From positions 384,001 through 448,000 of the forward strand of contig CAWBMP010000002.1 in NCBI GenBank assembly GCA_963790025.1: DNA of 64,000 nucleotides. The letters run 5' to 3'. Below are positions 1 through 10,060 of this stretch, piece after piece. Within the stretch, counting starts at the first letter, position 1. The number at the start of each line of letters is the position of its first letter. Below the pieces are notes generated by a model, which ran no database searches, was not told the origin of the DNA, and saw only the letters and a program-made list of their open reading frames with translations. The position numbers and the translations under genes are program-made. Origin of the DNA: Nitrospirota bacterium (GTDB lineage Bacteria; Nitrospirota; Thermodesulfovibrionia; Thermodesulfovibrionales; Dissulfurispiraceae).

Positions 1-1
1 C

Positions 2-205
2 GTTGAGGAATGGAAAGACGACGGGTTTACTGCGAAGAGCAGGATTGTTGCTGATTTCACAGCCAAAGGTAAAATAGAGGAACTCACTGTAGAGTACAAT
101 ATGGAAGATAGGGGCCTTAGTCTCGAGAATGTTTACAAACTATACCGCGCTGCCGCCCTGGACCTGGCAAATCAGATAAAGAACCGGATGGGCCCGCAGC
201 TGTAA
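2..205 (+). CDS. 3' end of a hypothetical protein (partial, runs off window start)
   Basis: Frame 2 is open from base 2 to TAA 203-205 (VEEWKDDG...NRMGPQL*). Confidence 0.55.
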   Translation, partial: VEEWKDDGFTAKSRIVADFTAKGKIEELTVEYNMEDRGLSLENVYKLYRAAALDLANQIKNRMGPQL

Positions 206-263
206 TAGAGCAGAGCATATCGGCATTATCTTCTTTTCCCGCAGAGAAAAGGCTGAAAAATTT

Positions 264-1499
264 ATGCGAAGCAGTCTCAAAAGGTCAGATGATATAACTA
301 CGTGGGCTTCAAGAGACGCGAAGCGCACCGTCTTCGAGGTGCTCGGCGCTATCAGTTTTTCTCACTTCCTGAACGACACTATCCAATCATTGATCCTTGC
401 AATTTATCCGCTTCTCAAGGTCAAGTTCCAGCTAAGTTTCGCCCAGATCGGACTAATTACACTTAGCTACCAGCTCACAGCTTCTCTGCTCCAGCCTATG
501 GTCGGATTCTACACCGACCATCATCCAAAACCGTATTCATTGGCCTTCGGAATGGGATGCACGCTGGTTGGTCTTCTGGTCCTGGGTGTTGCTCCGAACT
601 ATGGCACGCTTCTCCTTGCTGCTGCGCTTGTGGGAACAGGATCGTCGATTTTCCACCCCGAGTCCTCGCGTGTTGCCCGCATGGCGTCGGGTGGACAGCA
701 CGGGCTGGCACAGTCGATCTTCCAGGTCGGCGGAAATACGGGTACTGCAATGGGCCCCCTTATGGCCGCGTGGATAGTCATACCGCATGGGCAGGGCAGC
801 GTTGCATGGTTCTCGCTCGTCGCTCTGATTGCTATCGCGGTGCTCTGGAAAGTGGGCGGCTGGTACAGGGACCGCCAGGCGCATGCAGTTCACAGCGCTA
901 CCCGGAAGGAGCAGCACCCGGTTTTGCCGACCCGCACCGTCTTTCTGTCCATGCTTGTCCTGCTGGTTCTGATGTTCTCGAAGTTTTTTTACCTGGCGAG
1001 TCTCAGCAGCTATTATACATTTTACCTCATGCACCGGTTCCACCTGACCATCCGGTCTGCACAAGTGCATCTTTTCGTGTTCCTGTTCGCCGTTGCAGCG
1101 GGCACTCTTTTTGGCGGTCCTATCGGCGACCGCATCGGCAGAAAGCGCGTCATCTGGATATCGATCCTGGGCGCGGCGCCTTTCGCCCTGGCACTGCCTT
1201 ATGCAAATCTGGCGTGGACCGGCATCTTTTCTTTTGTTATTGGATTCATTCTCGCTTCTGCCTTCTCGGCCATCCTGGTGTTTGCGCAGGAACTAATTCC
1301 TGGTAAAGTGGGAACGGTCTCAGGCCTGTTCTTCGGCCTGGCTTTTGGTATGGCTGGAATCGGCGCCGCAGTAATAGGCAGACTCGCTGATCGGCATGGC
1401 ATTGAATTCGTATACCACGTGTGCTCCTATCTGCCCTTGCTCGGCATTTTTACCGCATTCTTACCTGACCTCAGACGCCGGTTTGCATCAGTGCAGTAG
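264..1499 (+). CDS. fsr: MFS transporter, Fsr (fosmidomycin resistance) family
   Basis: Many hydrophobic segments; SFSHFLND, FHPESSRVARMASGG and GPIGDRIGRK motifs. Confidence 0.9.
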   Translation: MRSSLKRSDDITTWASRDAKRTVFEVLGAISFSHFLNDTIQSLILAIYPLLKVKFQLSFAQIGLITLSYQLTASLLQPMVGFYTDHHPKPYSLAFGMGCTLVGLLVLGVAPNYGTLLLAAALVGTGSSIFHPESSRVARMASGGQHGLAQSIFQVGGNTGTAMGPLMAAWIVIPHGQGSVAWFSLVALIAIAVLWKVGGWYRDRQAHAVHSATRKEQHPVLPTRTVFLSMLVLLVLMFSKFFYLASLSSYYTFYLMHRFHLTIRSAQVHLFVFLFAVAAGTLFGGPIGDRIGRKRVIWISILGAAPFALALPYANLAWTGIFSFVIGFILASAFSAILVFAQELIPGKVGTVSGLFFGLAFGMAGIGAAVIGRLADRHGIEFVYHVCSYLPLLGIFTAFLPDLRRRFASVQ

Positions 1500-1765
1500 A
1501 AGACCTTGAGGAGGGAATCGAGATTATACGCGAAATTAAAAAAACGGAAAAGTCTTTTTCATCTGATGCCGTATGCTTCAAAATACATTGCGAATTACTT
1601 CTTCTAAAGCTTTCATTTTTTGAATTCCAATCTGGCAGGAAATGACCATAATGACCATTTCCCGCCGGATTTTGGAGAGCAAAATTTTTTTTCTTCCCGA
1701 GTTTTCAAAATATGATATACTGCTTCAGATATCAGCCGGCACTCTGCCACAAAAGGGAACGCAGC

Positions 1766-4447
1766 ATGTCAATCAAACATCTGGACGTTTTTTTTAATCC
1801 ACGAAGCGTTGCAGTTATTGGTGCCAGCGAGGACAAGAAAGCCATTGGATACCGTGTTCTTAGAAACCTGATTGGTAAGGGCTTCAAAGGGATTGTGTAT
1901 CCTGTTAACCCGCATACGGAGGGAGTGCAGGGTATTTTATCATACAAGAATATCAACGATATCCATAATCCTGTAGATTTAGCCATAGTTGCCTCTCATC
2001 CTGAAACCTTCTCTGACATACTGGATGAATGCGGACAGAAGAATGTGAAGGGCGTGATTATTTTATCGCTTGCCCTTGAGTCAGCAATCGAAGATCCCAA
2101 AACCCTCTATGCTCAAATCAAAGAGTTCTCCTCAAAATACGGTTACAGAATTTTGGGACCTAATTCACTTGGTTTTTTGAGGCCCGACATAAATCTGAAC
2201 GCCAGTCTTTTACCCAAGTCGCCGCCTAAAGGCAACATCGCCTTTATTTCACAAGGCAGCATTTTTGCGTCGGCATTTTTGGAACGCGCGATGAGCAAAA
2301 ATGTCGGGTTCAGTTATTTCATTTCATTGGGCGACAAACTGGATATCACTATTTCAGATCTCATCGATTTTCTGGGCAGTGATCCTCATACCAGAGCAAT
2401 AGTTCTCCATGTGCGGGAAATAAAGGATGGCAGAAGATTTATGACCGCAGCGCGAAGCTTTGCAAGTAGTAAGCCTATCGTAATTGTCAAGTCGGGCAAT
2501 CCGGACATTTCCTCCTCTGTTTCACTGACACATTCAGGCATTCTCGCCTCTGAAAACAAAATCTATGAGGCTGCTTTTAAACGGGCAGGAGCTGTACAGG
2601 TAGATGATATGGTTGACCTTTTATATATGATAGAGACCCTTGCAAAACAAGATCGCCCCAAAGGAAAACGCCTGGCCGTTATTTCAAATTCCATTGCGCC
2701 GGCTGACATGGCTGCTGACATGCTTTTGAAGCGTGGCGGAGAACTGGCTAAGCTGGGAAACCATGCGTGGAAGAGTAAAAGAAACAAACTTCCGATTACA
2801 AGACAAATTCAAAATCCAATGGATCTTGATCCGGATGCGGTACCTGCTGACTATATGGCGGCATTAAAAAACTGTTTAATGAATGAAGATGTCGATGGTA
2901 TCTTGTTGATCTATGTTCCGTTCTATGGCATAGATGCCAAAGATATCGCGGGAGCAATAGTTTCTGCCGCAATGACGAATCCACATGTCCCCATATTTAC
3001 AACATGGCTGGGGGGTGAAACGGTGCTCGATGCCATGCAATTTCTCAACAGTAAAAATATCCCAACCTATTTTACGCCGGAACAGGCGGTAAAATGTTTT
3101 ATGTATATGCACCAATATGGCAATAATTTGGAGCTTATGAGGGAGACCCCTGAGATTATTCTGAAGGATTTTATACCGGACATCGGACTGGCAGAGGAGA
3201 TTATCAGGGATGCTGCAAAGAGAGACAGACGATCACTTCATTTAGATGAAGTCACTGAAATACTTGAAGCATATGGCATCCCTGTAGCAAAGACATTAAG
3301 AATCTCAAGTGAAGAGGATGCCTTGCGGGAAGCTGAGAGGATCGGCTATCCGGTAGTTCTGAAAATAGATTTCGGGATCGTCTCTCACACACTCCCAAAA
3401 GAGGTTGTCCGTGCAAACCTGAAGGACGAACTCGAAGTCAGAGAGGCCTTTGCGTCTCTCAGAAAACTGACTTCACTTTTTGGGGATACCTGTGCAGATT
3501 TGATAATACAACCTATGATTATAGAACAAGGGTGTGAACTGGCTATCGGAGCAAAAAAAAGTTCGAATTTTGGCACGGTGATAGTATTCGGGATGGGAGG
3601 GGTATTCCGGGGTGCCTTGATGGATTATTCGATGGGGCTGCCGCCCCTTAATCAGACTGTTGCAAGACAAATAATGGAGGGCACCAAAATCTACCAATAT
3701 CTGAAAGGGCTGAATCTCTTTACGGCTTCTTTAAGACATCTTGAACAAGTATTGATCAGATTTTCTCAATTGATAGTCGACTTTCCCCAAATTGAAGAAA
3801 TTGATATTAACCCGTTCTCCCTAACAGAAGAAAGAGGCATTGTCCTGGCTGCAAGTATGTATATCGATCTGAAAATGCACAAGGAAGGCACGTGGAACAA
3901 AGGAGATCTTTTCCCCCCGCATCTTGCGATACCTCCCTATCCCTTTAAATATATGCGTGAACTATCGCTTAAGGATGGAACTGACATTCTCATACGACCT
4001 ATCCGCGGGGAAGATGAACCAGCAATGGGTCATTTTTTTGAATCACTGTCAGAAAAGTCAGTTGCTTACCGGTTTTGCCAGCTGCGCATTAATATGCCAC
4101 ATGAAAAGTTAGTCAGATTCTGTCAGATTGACTATGACCGCGATTTAGCTTTCATTGCGGTTCTTAAAGGGAACGAGAAAGAAATCATTGGAGATGTGAG
4201 GATGAACAAACTGCCTGACCTTGAAAGTGCGGAGCTTTCATTTGTGGTATCCGACCAATATCAGGGTAAAGGAGTTGGCAATGTGCTTATGGATTATTGC
4301 ATTGGAGTAGCCAGAGAAATTGGTTTGAAGTCAATTTGGATGGAAATTCTGAAAGACAATATCAGGATGATAAATTTTGGAGAGAAATATGGTTTCGAAC
4401 AGACATATGATGATGAAGATATGATAAAAGTGGCATTGCGGCTTTAA
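1766..4447 (+). CDS. Acyl-CoA synthetase (NDP-forming)-like/ATP-grasp/GNAT fusion; Pat/PatZ-type protein lysine acetyltransferase
   Basis: FNPRSVAVIGAS CoA-binding start, GPNSLG, GYPVVLKI ATP-grasp, C-terminal GNAT (QYQGKGVG). Start placed at ATG 1766 after AAGGGAA. Confidence 0.9.
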   Translation: MSIKHLDVFFNPRSVAVIGASEDKKAIGYRVLRNLIGKGFKGIVYPVNPHTEGVQGILSYKNINDIHNPVDLAIVASHPETFSDILDECGQKNVKGVIILSLALESAIEDPKTLYAQIKEFSSKYGYRILGPNSLGFLRPDINLNASLLPKSPPKGNIAFISQGSIFASAFLERAMSKNVGFSYFISLGDKLDITISDLIDFLGSDPHTRAIVLHVREIKDGRRFMTAARSFASSKPIVIVKSGNPDISSSVSLTHSGILASENKIYEAAFKRAGAVQVDDMVDLLYMIETLAKQDRPKGKRLAVISNSIAPADMAADMLLKRGGELAKLGNHAWKSKRNKLPITRQIQNPMDLDPDAVPADYMAALKNCLMNEDVDGILLIYVPFYGIDAKDIAGAIVSAAMTNPHVPIFTTWLGGETVLDAMQFLNSKNIPTYFTPEQAVKCFMYMHQYGNNLELMRETPEIILKDFIPDIGLAEEIIRDAAKRDRRSLHLDEVTEILEAYGIPVAKTLRISSEEDALREAERIGYPVVLKIDFGIVSHTLPKEVVRANLKDELEVREAFASLRKLTSLFGDTCADLIIQPMIIEQGCELAIGAKKSSNFGTVIVFGMGGVFRGALMDYSMGLPPLNQTVARQIMEGTKIYQYLKGLNLFTASLRHLEQVLIRFSQLIVDFPQIEEIDINPFSLTEERGIVLAASMYIDLKMHKEGTWNKGDLFPPHLAIPPYPFKYMRELSLKDGTDILIRPIRGEDEPAMGHFFESLSEKSVAYRFCQLRINMPHEKLVRFCQIDYDRDLAFIAVLKGNEKEIIGDVRMNKLPDLESAELSFVVSDQYQGKGVGNVLMDYCIGVAREIGLKSIWMEILKDNIRMINFGEKYGFEQTYDDEDMIKVALRL

Positions 4448-4658
4448 GTTAAGAATACCCCGGTCTCAAATAAATGCTTTCGTGGAGGAGAAGTTCTTCT
4501 TGATATAATATTCATGGCCGGGAAGTAAAATCCGGAAAACTACAGATTATTTAGTACTATTTGCTCTGCCACTCCTTGCCATGGCATCTGCCTTTGCCTT
4601 TCTCTACTTGTCAATTGTAAAACCAGCAAATCAGGTCGTAGCATTCGTCAATGCCTTT

Positions 4659-4769
4659 TCATCTGACGGAGGACTCTGTCGGAGGGAGAGCGTGCAGCAT
4701 TATCCTGAACCGTCTATAGGGTTTGCGCTCAAGTTCTGCAATAACCTCAGCACCCAACAAAAGGATTAG
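4659..4769 (-). pseudogene. Possible remnant of the C-terminus of a YihY/BrkB-family gene
   Basis: Minus strand reads LILLLGAEVIAELERK..., resembling the YihY C-terminal 'L(L/F)GAE' motif. No upstream body is present. Confidence 0.3.
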
Positions 4770-4807
4770 CGGGCCGCACGTGAATGGTTTCTTTTCCGTC
4801 TTGACCC

Positions 4808-5479
4808 TTACTTGACTTCTTCTTCGGGGTGTGTCATATGCCTTATCATTTTGCCAGCTGCAAGATAAATCGCCATCTCGGCAATATTGGTGGCATGGTC
4901 GGCGATACGCTCGAGATTCTGGGCCACAAAGCTTATTTTCATTGCCCTTGTTACTGTCGTTGGGTCCTTTACCATAAAAAGAATTAATTCATTTTGAACT
5001 TCATTCCTCAGATCATCGATTTCATCGTCTCTCATGATAACATCCATCGCCAATTTTTTGTCCCCTTTTACAAAGGCGTCAAGTGCGTCTCTTGTCATTC
5101 CCTGGGCAATCTCTCTCATTCTCGGGACATCGATATACGGTTTCAGCAGGGGCTCTTCATTGAGTTGAAGGGCCCTATGAGCAATATTGACTGCGAGATC
5201 ACCCATCCTTTCGAGGTCGGTGGTGATCTTCATTGCCGTTGTTATAAATCTCAAGTCGCTTGCCTTAGGCTGCATAAGTGCAATGAGGCGAATGCACTCC
5301 TCATCTATTTGGATATCAAACATGTTGATCTGATGATCTTTCTCGATTATACTTTGGGCGAGATCATTGTCCCTGTCGACGAGCGCCCTCACCGAATCCT
5401 TGATGGCATTTTCAACCATGGACCCCATCATAAGGACCTTTTCTTTAAGCCGCAGCAATTCCTCATCGAAAATGGACAT
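4808..5479 (-). CDS. phoU: Phosphate signalling protein PhoU
   Basis: QPKASDLR, DLERMGD and LERIADHATNIAE motifs; directly follows pstB. Confidence 0.97.
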   Translation of the reverse strand: MSIFDEELLRLKEKVLMMGSMVENAIKDSVRALVDRDNDLAQSIIEKDHQINMFDIQIDEECIRLIALMQPKASDLRFITTAMKITTDLERMGDLAVNIAHRALQLNEEPLLKPYIDVPRMREIAQGMTRDALDAFVKGDKKLAMDVIMRDDEIDDLRNEVQNELILFMVKDPTTVTRAMKISFVAQNLERIADHATNIAEMAIYLAAGKMIRHMTHPEEEVK

Positions 5480-6258
5480 TATCCAAACCTCCCCGTAATA
5501 TAATCTTCCGTAAGCTTTTCAGACGGAGCAGTGAACATTTTATCGGTCCTGTCAAATTCAATCAGCTCTCCGAGCATCATAAACCCCGTCCAGTCGGATA
5601 TCCGGGCCGCCTGCTGCATATTGTGCGTTACGATTATTATTGTAACATTATTTTTCAACTGAACTATGAGCTCTTCTATCTTACTGGTTGAGATAGGATC
5701 CAGGGCGGAAGTCGGCTCATCGAAAAGAAGTACGTGCGGCTCAACCGCCAGCGCCCTGGCAATAACAAGCCGCTGCTGCTGTCCGCCCGATAAATCATAT
5801 GCGCTAACATTAAGTTTGTCCCTTACTTCATCCCAAAGGGCAGCATTTTTTAGGGCCTTTTCAACTCGTTCCGACAGTTCGGAACGATTAGTGACGCCCT
5901 TTAATTTAAGCCCGTACGCAATATTATCGAATATAGTCATCGGGAAGGGGGTAGGCTTCTGAAAGACCATGCCGATTCTGCTCCTCAGCTTGATGACATC
6001 GACGTCATTCGAAAGAATATTCTTTCCTTCGAAGACTATCTGTCCTTCGTATCTGTTCTTGGGATAAAGGTCATGCATACGGTTAAAACACCTGAGCAGA
6101 GTGGTTTTCCCGCAACCGGAAGGTCCGATCAAGGCAGTCACCCCCATTTTATGGGCGGACAGGCTGACCTGTTTTAATGAATGGATAGTACCCGAATAAT
6201 AAAAATTCAGCTCTTTTGCTTCTATTTCGACCATATCGGACACTATTTGTACCTCCAT
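5479..6258 (-). CDS. pstB: Phosphate ABC transporter ATPase PstB (start may be ATG 6234)
   Basis: [42 protein letters not shown]. Confidence 0.97.
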   Translation of the reverse strand: MEVQIVSDMVEIEAKELNFYYSGTIHSLKQVSLSAHKMGVTALIGPSGCGKTTLLRCFNRMHDLYPKNRYEGQIVFEGKNILSNDVDVIKLRSRIGMVFQKPTPFPMTIFDNIAYGLKLKGVTNRSELSERVEKALKNAALWDEVRDKLNVSAYDLSGGQQQRLVIARALAVEPHVLLFDEPTSALDPISTSKIEELIVQLKNNVTIIIVTHNMQQAARISDWTGFMMLGELIEFDRTDKMFTAPSEKLTEDYITGRFG

Positions 6259-7082
6259 TTAATAATGAGTCTGCCTGCAATGGTAATCAGGAGAATGAAC
6301 ACCGTTATGATAAAAGCGGCGCCCCATGCCTGCGTGTGCCATTCTTCATAGGGGCCCATTGCGTACTGGAATATTGAAGCAGTTAATGACGCGACCGACC
6401 CCCGCATGTCGGTGGAAAAGAACGAATTGTTAAACGAAGTAAAAAGCAGCGGGGCTGTCTCACCGGCGACCCTGGCAATAGAAAGCAATATTCCGGTGAA
6501 AATGCCTGTGGCAGCGCCTCTGTAAACAACATCTATTATTACCTTGTAGTATGGCGCTCCAAGCGCAAAGGCCGCCTCCCTCAGCGTCCAGGGCACAAGG
6601 GAAAGCATGTCTTCAGTCGTCCTCAAAACAACGGGGATCATGATAACCGCCAGGGCGACTGCTCCGGCCCAGCCGTTGAAATGCCCGACAGGCTTTACCA
6701 TTATTGCATAGATAAAAGTGCCTACTACTATGGAAGGTACGCTTACCATGATATCAGAAAGTATGCTTATGGACCGGGCTATCCTAGTTCCCCTTGCATA
6801 TTCGGCAAGAAATGTGCCTCCCAGAACACCTATGGGCACACCTATTAATGTAGCAAAGCTGGTTATCATCAACTGCCCTACGAAGGCATTGCGAAGACCG
6901 CCGCCGGCGACACCCACGGGAGTCGGATCATTAAGGAATAAGCTCGGAGTAAGGGCGCCTATGCCGTGCACGAGTACATCGCCGAGAATAAAGACAAGCC
7001 AGAACATTCCTGACAGGGCGGCAAGAGTGCTCAATGCGAGGGCAGCAAGGCTTTCGGCTTTTCTTTTCTGATCGATGTTCAT
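6243..7082 (-). CDS. pstA: Phosphate ABC permease PstA
   Basis: [25 protein letters not shown]. Confidence 0.96.
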   Translation of the reverse strand: MNIDQKRKAESLAALALSTLAALSGMFWLVFILGDVLVHGIGALTPSLFLNDPTPVGVAGGGLRNAFVGQLMITSFATLIGVPIGVLGGTFLAEYARGTRIARSISILSDIMVSVPSIVVGTFIYAIMVKPVGHFNGWAGAVALAVIMIPVVLRTTEDMLSLVPWTLREAAFALGAPYYKVIIDVVYRGAATGIFTGILLSIARVAGETAPLLFTSFNNSFFSTDMRGSVASLTASIFQYAMGPYEEWHTQAWGAAFIITVFILLITIAGRLIIKWRYK

Positions 7083-8020
7083 CGGGAATATCTTCTCTCA
7101 GCCTTGAGCAGGAAAAACTTTGCTATTGCAAGAACGATAAAACTCATTACGAAAAGGACAAGGGCCAGATAAAAAAGTGACGATAGATAGAGGTCTTTAT
7201 CGGCCTCGGTAAATTCATTGGCAAGCGTTACGGTAATGGTTGCAGCGGCATCAAAGAGCGACGTGGTAATCTGGTGATTATTTCCAAGGACAAAAGCCAC
7301 TGCCATAGTCTCGCCGAGCGCCCTGCCAAGGGATAGAACGACTCCTCCGTAAACACCGAGTTTTGAGTAAGGCAGTACAACGTTTTTCACAACCTCCCAT
7401 CTAGTTGCGCCGATGGCGTAAGCGGATTCCTTCACCACGGAAGGCGTCAAATTGAAAGAATCCCTTGAAATACTCGCAGTGAACGGTATAATCATAATGC
7501 TCAGGATGACACTCGCCGTCAGGATGTCGATGCCCATTGGGGTGCCGCTGAACAATATTCCGACTACGGGCAATGCGCCGAAGGTCTTCTGAAGAGCGGG
7601 TTCTATATACTTTGACATGATGGGGGCCAGTGTGAACAGCCCCCACATGCCGTAAATGATACTGGGTATTGCCGCCAGCAGTTCGATAGCGATCCCGATT
7701 GGTCCCTTCATGAAATTAGGAGCTATTTCAGTGACGAAAATAGCGATCCCGATAGCAAGCGGAATTGCAATTATGAGAGCGAGCACTGTTGTAACAAAAG
7801 TCCCGAAAATGGTAGTCGCAGCCCCGAAAGATTCTTTTACAGGGTCCCAATCGGTGGATTTCAGGAAATTTATGACGCCGAAATGGCCGATAGCCAGCGA
7901 CGATTCCCGTATAAGCACGTATAAAATGCCCAAAATCAAAAGAACTACCACTGAAGATGCTAATGCGGTGACAATAGAAAATGCGAAATCAGCAGAGTTC
8001 TTCTTATCAAGAATTGGCAA
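7079..8020 (-). CDS. pstC: Phosphate ABC permease PstC
   Basis: ELLAAIPSIIYGMWG, GRALGETMAV. Confidence 0.96.
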   Translation of the reverse strand: MPILDKKNSADFAFSIVTALASSVVVLLILGILYVLIRESSLAIGHFGVINFLKSTDWDPVKESFGAATTIFGTFVTTVLALIIAIPLAIGIAIFVTEIAPNFMKGPIGIAIELLAAIPSIIYGMWGLFTLAPIMSKYIEPALQKTFGALPVVGILFSGTPMGIDILTASVILSIMIIPFTASISRDSFNLTPSVVKESAYAIGATRWEVVKNVVLPYSKLGVYGGVVLSLGRALGETMAVAFVLGNNHQITTSLFDAAATITVTLANEFTEADKDLYLSSLFYLALVLFVMSFIVLAIAKFFLLKAERRYSR

Positions 8021-8062
8021 ACAGCTTGCTCCTTTTTGAAGAAATTAATCAAATGTTGAACG

Positions 8063-8179
8063 TTAAATGTTGCCGAGCACTCAAAGCGCCTGTGATTAGC
8101 GTGTTGAGCGCTCGGCAACATTTAATATCAAGAAGCAACTAAAAGGGTCAGGATATATAATACATGCCTGACCCTTTTA
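8063..8179 (-). terminator. Two tandem hairpins between pstS and pstC (terminator or mRNA stabiliser)
   Basis: 22-bp arms TTAAATGTTGCCGAGC(A/G)CTCAA at 8063-8084 and 8104-8125; 13-bp arms TAAAAGGGTCAGG at 8140-8152 and 8167-8179. Confidence 0.7.
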
Positions 8180-8191
8180 ATTCAATTAACT

Positions 8192-9202
8192 TTAATACAC
8201 GCCATACTCTTTCCAGTAGGCCCTGACCTTGTTCTTTAGGCCTTTGGGAAGCGGCACGTAAATCAGCTCTTTTGCTTTTGCATCCCCGTTCTTGAATGCC
8301 CAATCATAAAACTTAACGGCTTTCATAGCGCTTTCCTTTTTATCCTTGGCAAGCAGAATAAAGGTTGCGCCTGCGATTGGCCAGGAGTTCTTGCCAGGGG
8401 CATTAACGAGCCAGAGATCAAAGTCTTTTTTCGGATCGAAATTCGCTGAGGCAGCAGCATCTTCAAAGGCTTCGAAGCTCGGCTGGATAACTTTTCCTGC
8501 CGAATTTTTCAGCGCTGTATACGCCAGCTTGTTCTGTATTGCATAGGCAAATTCGACGTAGCCGATAGAATTCGGGGCCTGTTTTACATAGTTGGACACT
8601 CCCTCATTCCCCTTACCGCCTATACCGATTGGAAACTTTACAGATGTGCCTGCTCCAACTTTTGTTTTCCACGCAGGACACACATCGCTGAGATAATTGG
8701 TAAATATCGCGGTGGTACCGGAGCCGTCAGACCTATGGACAATGGAAATTTCACTGTGCGGCAATTGAACAGTCGGATTTAGGGACTTGATCTTTGCATC
8801 ATCCCAGAATTTTATCTCGCCAAGATATGCTTTGCATATGGAATCGGAGTCAAGTTTTAATTCGCCGGCTTTTAAGCCAGGCATGCTGACCACTAGAACG
8901 ACCCCTCCCATGACGGCAGGGAACTGGATCAAACCGTCTTTCTTGAGTTGTTCAGAGCTGAGAGGTGCATCGGATGCTCCGAAATCGACCGTCCGGGCTG
9001 AAATCTGCCTGATACCTCCGCCTGAGCCGATGGACTGGTAATTGATCCTGACGCCCGTAGCCTTCTGATAATCATAAGCCCAGGACTGATATACCGGGGC
9101 AGGGAATGATGCACCTGCGCCATTTATTATGTCCTCTGCATGCACCATGCTAAATGACAAGATACAAGCCACTGCTAAAATCAAACTTATTACTGATTTC
9201 AT
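8192..9202 (-). CDS. pstS: Phosphate ABC substrate-binding protein PstS
   Basis: Signal peptide, GAGASFP, YQSIGSGGG, DFGASD, HRSDGSGTT; AGGAGG RBS. Confidence 0.97.
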   Translation of the reverse strand: MKSVISLILAVACILSFSMVHAEDIINGAGASFPAPVYQSWAYDYQKATGVRINYQSIGSGGGIRQISARTVDFGASDAPLSSEQLKKDGLIQFPAVMGGVVLVVSMPGLKAGELKLDSDSICKAYLGEIKFWDDAKIKSLNPTVQLPHSEISIVHRSDGSGTTAIFTNYLSDVCPAWKTKVGAGTSVKFPIGIGGKGNEGVSNYVKQAPNSIGYVEFAYAIQNKLAYTALKNSAGKVIQPSFEAFEDAAASANFDPKKDFDLWLVNAPGKNSWPIAGATFILLAKDKKESAMKAVKFYDWAFKNGDAKAKELIYVPLPKGLKNKVRAYWKEYGVY

Positions 9203-9256
9203 AGTTATTCCTCCTTTTGTTAGAGCAACTTGGTTATCATAGCATAAGACTTTTTT

Positions 9257-9295
9257 GTTACGGGAATGTTACAGGAGAGTTAAAAATATATTACA
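9257..9295 (-). promoter_or_regulatory. Pho-box-like array upstream of pstS
   Basis: Plus-strand GTTACG/GTTACA/GTTAAA/ATTACA at 9257, 9268, 9279, 9290 (11-bp period). TATGCT lies 10 nt past the last GTAAC on the minus strand. Confidence 0.8.
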
Positions 9296-9396
9296 ATCAC
9301 CTCCCGTTATTCATTTTATTCATAAATACAACAGCTTGCTCCATGAGGTAGAGGGCTAAAGGCTAATGTCTAACGAGACGTGCGCCCTTTGTGGCC

Positions 9397-9585
9397 TTAA
9401 AAAAAAGGACATTTCTTATGCTGTTTACTCTTACAATATTCTTCGAGCTGAAACAGACTTGGCACATATGGTGCCTCGCCTGCCTGGCAAGTATATATAA
9501 GCCATTTGGTAAGATAGGGGCATTTCAGGCGCTTGGATTCAACTTTTACAAATCCGTCTTCCCTTCTTGCCGTGCCGCTTATCAT
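9397..9585 (-). CDS. Small 4-Cys protein, paralogue A
   Basis: C-x10-C-x17-C-x7-CPFF; same spacing as three other small ORFs in the window. Confidence 0.7.
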   Translation of the reverse strand: MISGTARREDGFVKVESKRLKCPYLTKWLIYTCQAGEAPYVPSLFQLEEYCKSKQHKKCPFF

Positions 9586-9591
9586 GTGACG

Positions 9592-9846
9592 TTACCCCAT
9601 TCCGATTGCAGCGAGAATTGCCTTGTTAGTTACCATTTCTTTCACATAGTTCTCTATATTAACGAGAGCGGGATCATAGGTGATAACAAGGCTGCCGGTA
9701 ACCGGATTGGCACGGATATCTTTAATACCGTCAGGGACAGGAAGAGCCGACAATTCTTTCAATGTTGCAATAGAAAGTTTCCTGATTATCGGCACCTGCA
9801 ACCTGATGCGTCCAGGAACATGGTGTACCACCTTATAGTCGATCAT
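9592..9846 (-). CDS. Stand-alone HMA2-like domain protein
   Basis: HHVPGRIRL ... ANPVTGSLVITYD; no CxxC. Confidence 0.8.
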   Translation of the reverse strand: MIDYKVVHHVPGRIRLQVPIIRKLSIATLKELSALPVPDGIKDIRANPVTGSLVITYDPALVNIENYVKEMVTNKAILAAIGMG

Positions 9847-9889
9847 CCACGCACCCCTTGACTTTCTTATTCATTAAATCATAACTATT

Positions 9890-9928
9890 CTTACAAAATG
9901 ATGAATTTGTTGTTACAACTTAATGACA
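9890..9928 (-). promoter_or_regulatory. Pho-box-like array upstream of the HMA2/4-Cys pair
   Basis: CTTACA/ATGAAT/GTTACA/ATGACA at 9890, 9901, 9912, 9923. Confidence 0.6.
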
Positions 9929-10060
9929 TTTCAGCAGAGATACGCGATGCAAGGTGATAGGCCAAAGGTAAAAGGTCAAAGAATTTATAACAGCCTATCT
10001 ATAAATGGGTAGGCGGTGTATAGGCCTAACGGCCTGAACAATTCATTTTTCGATAATGCG

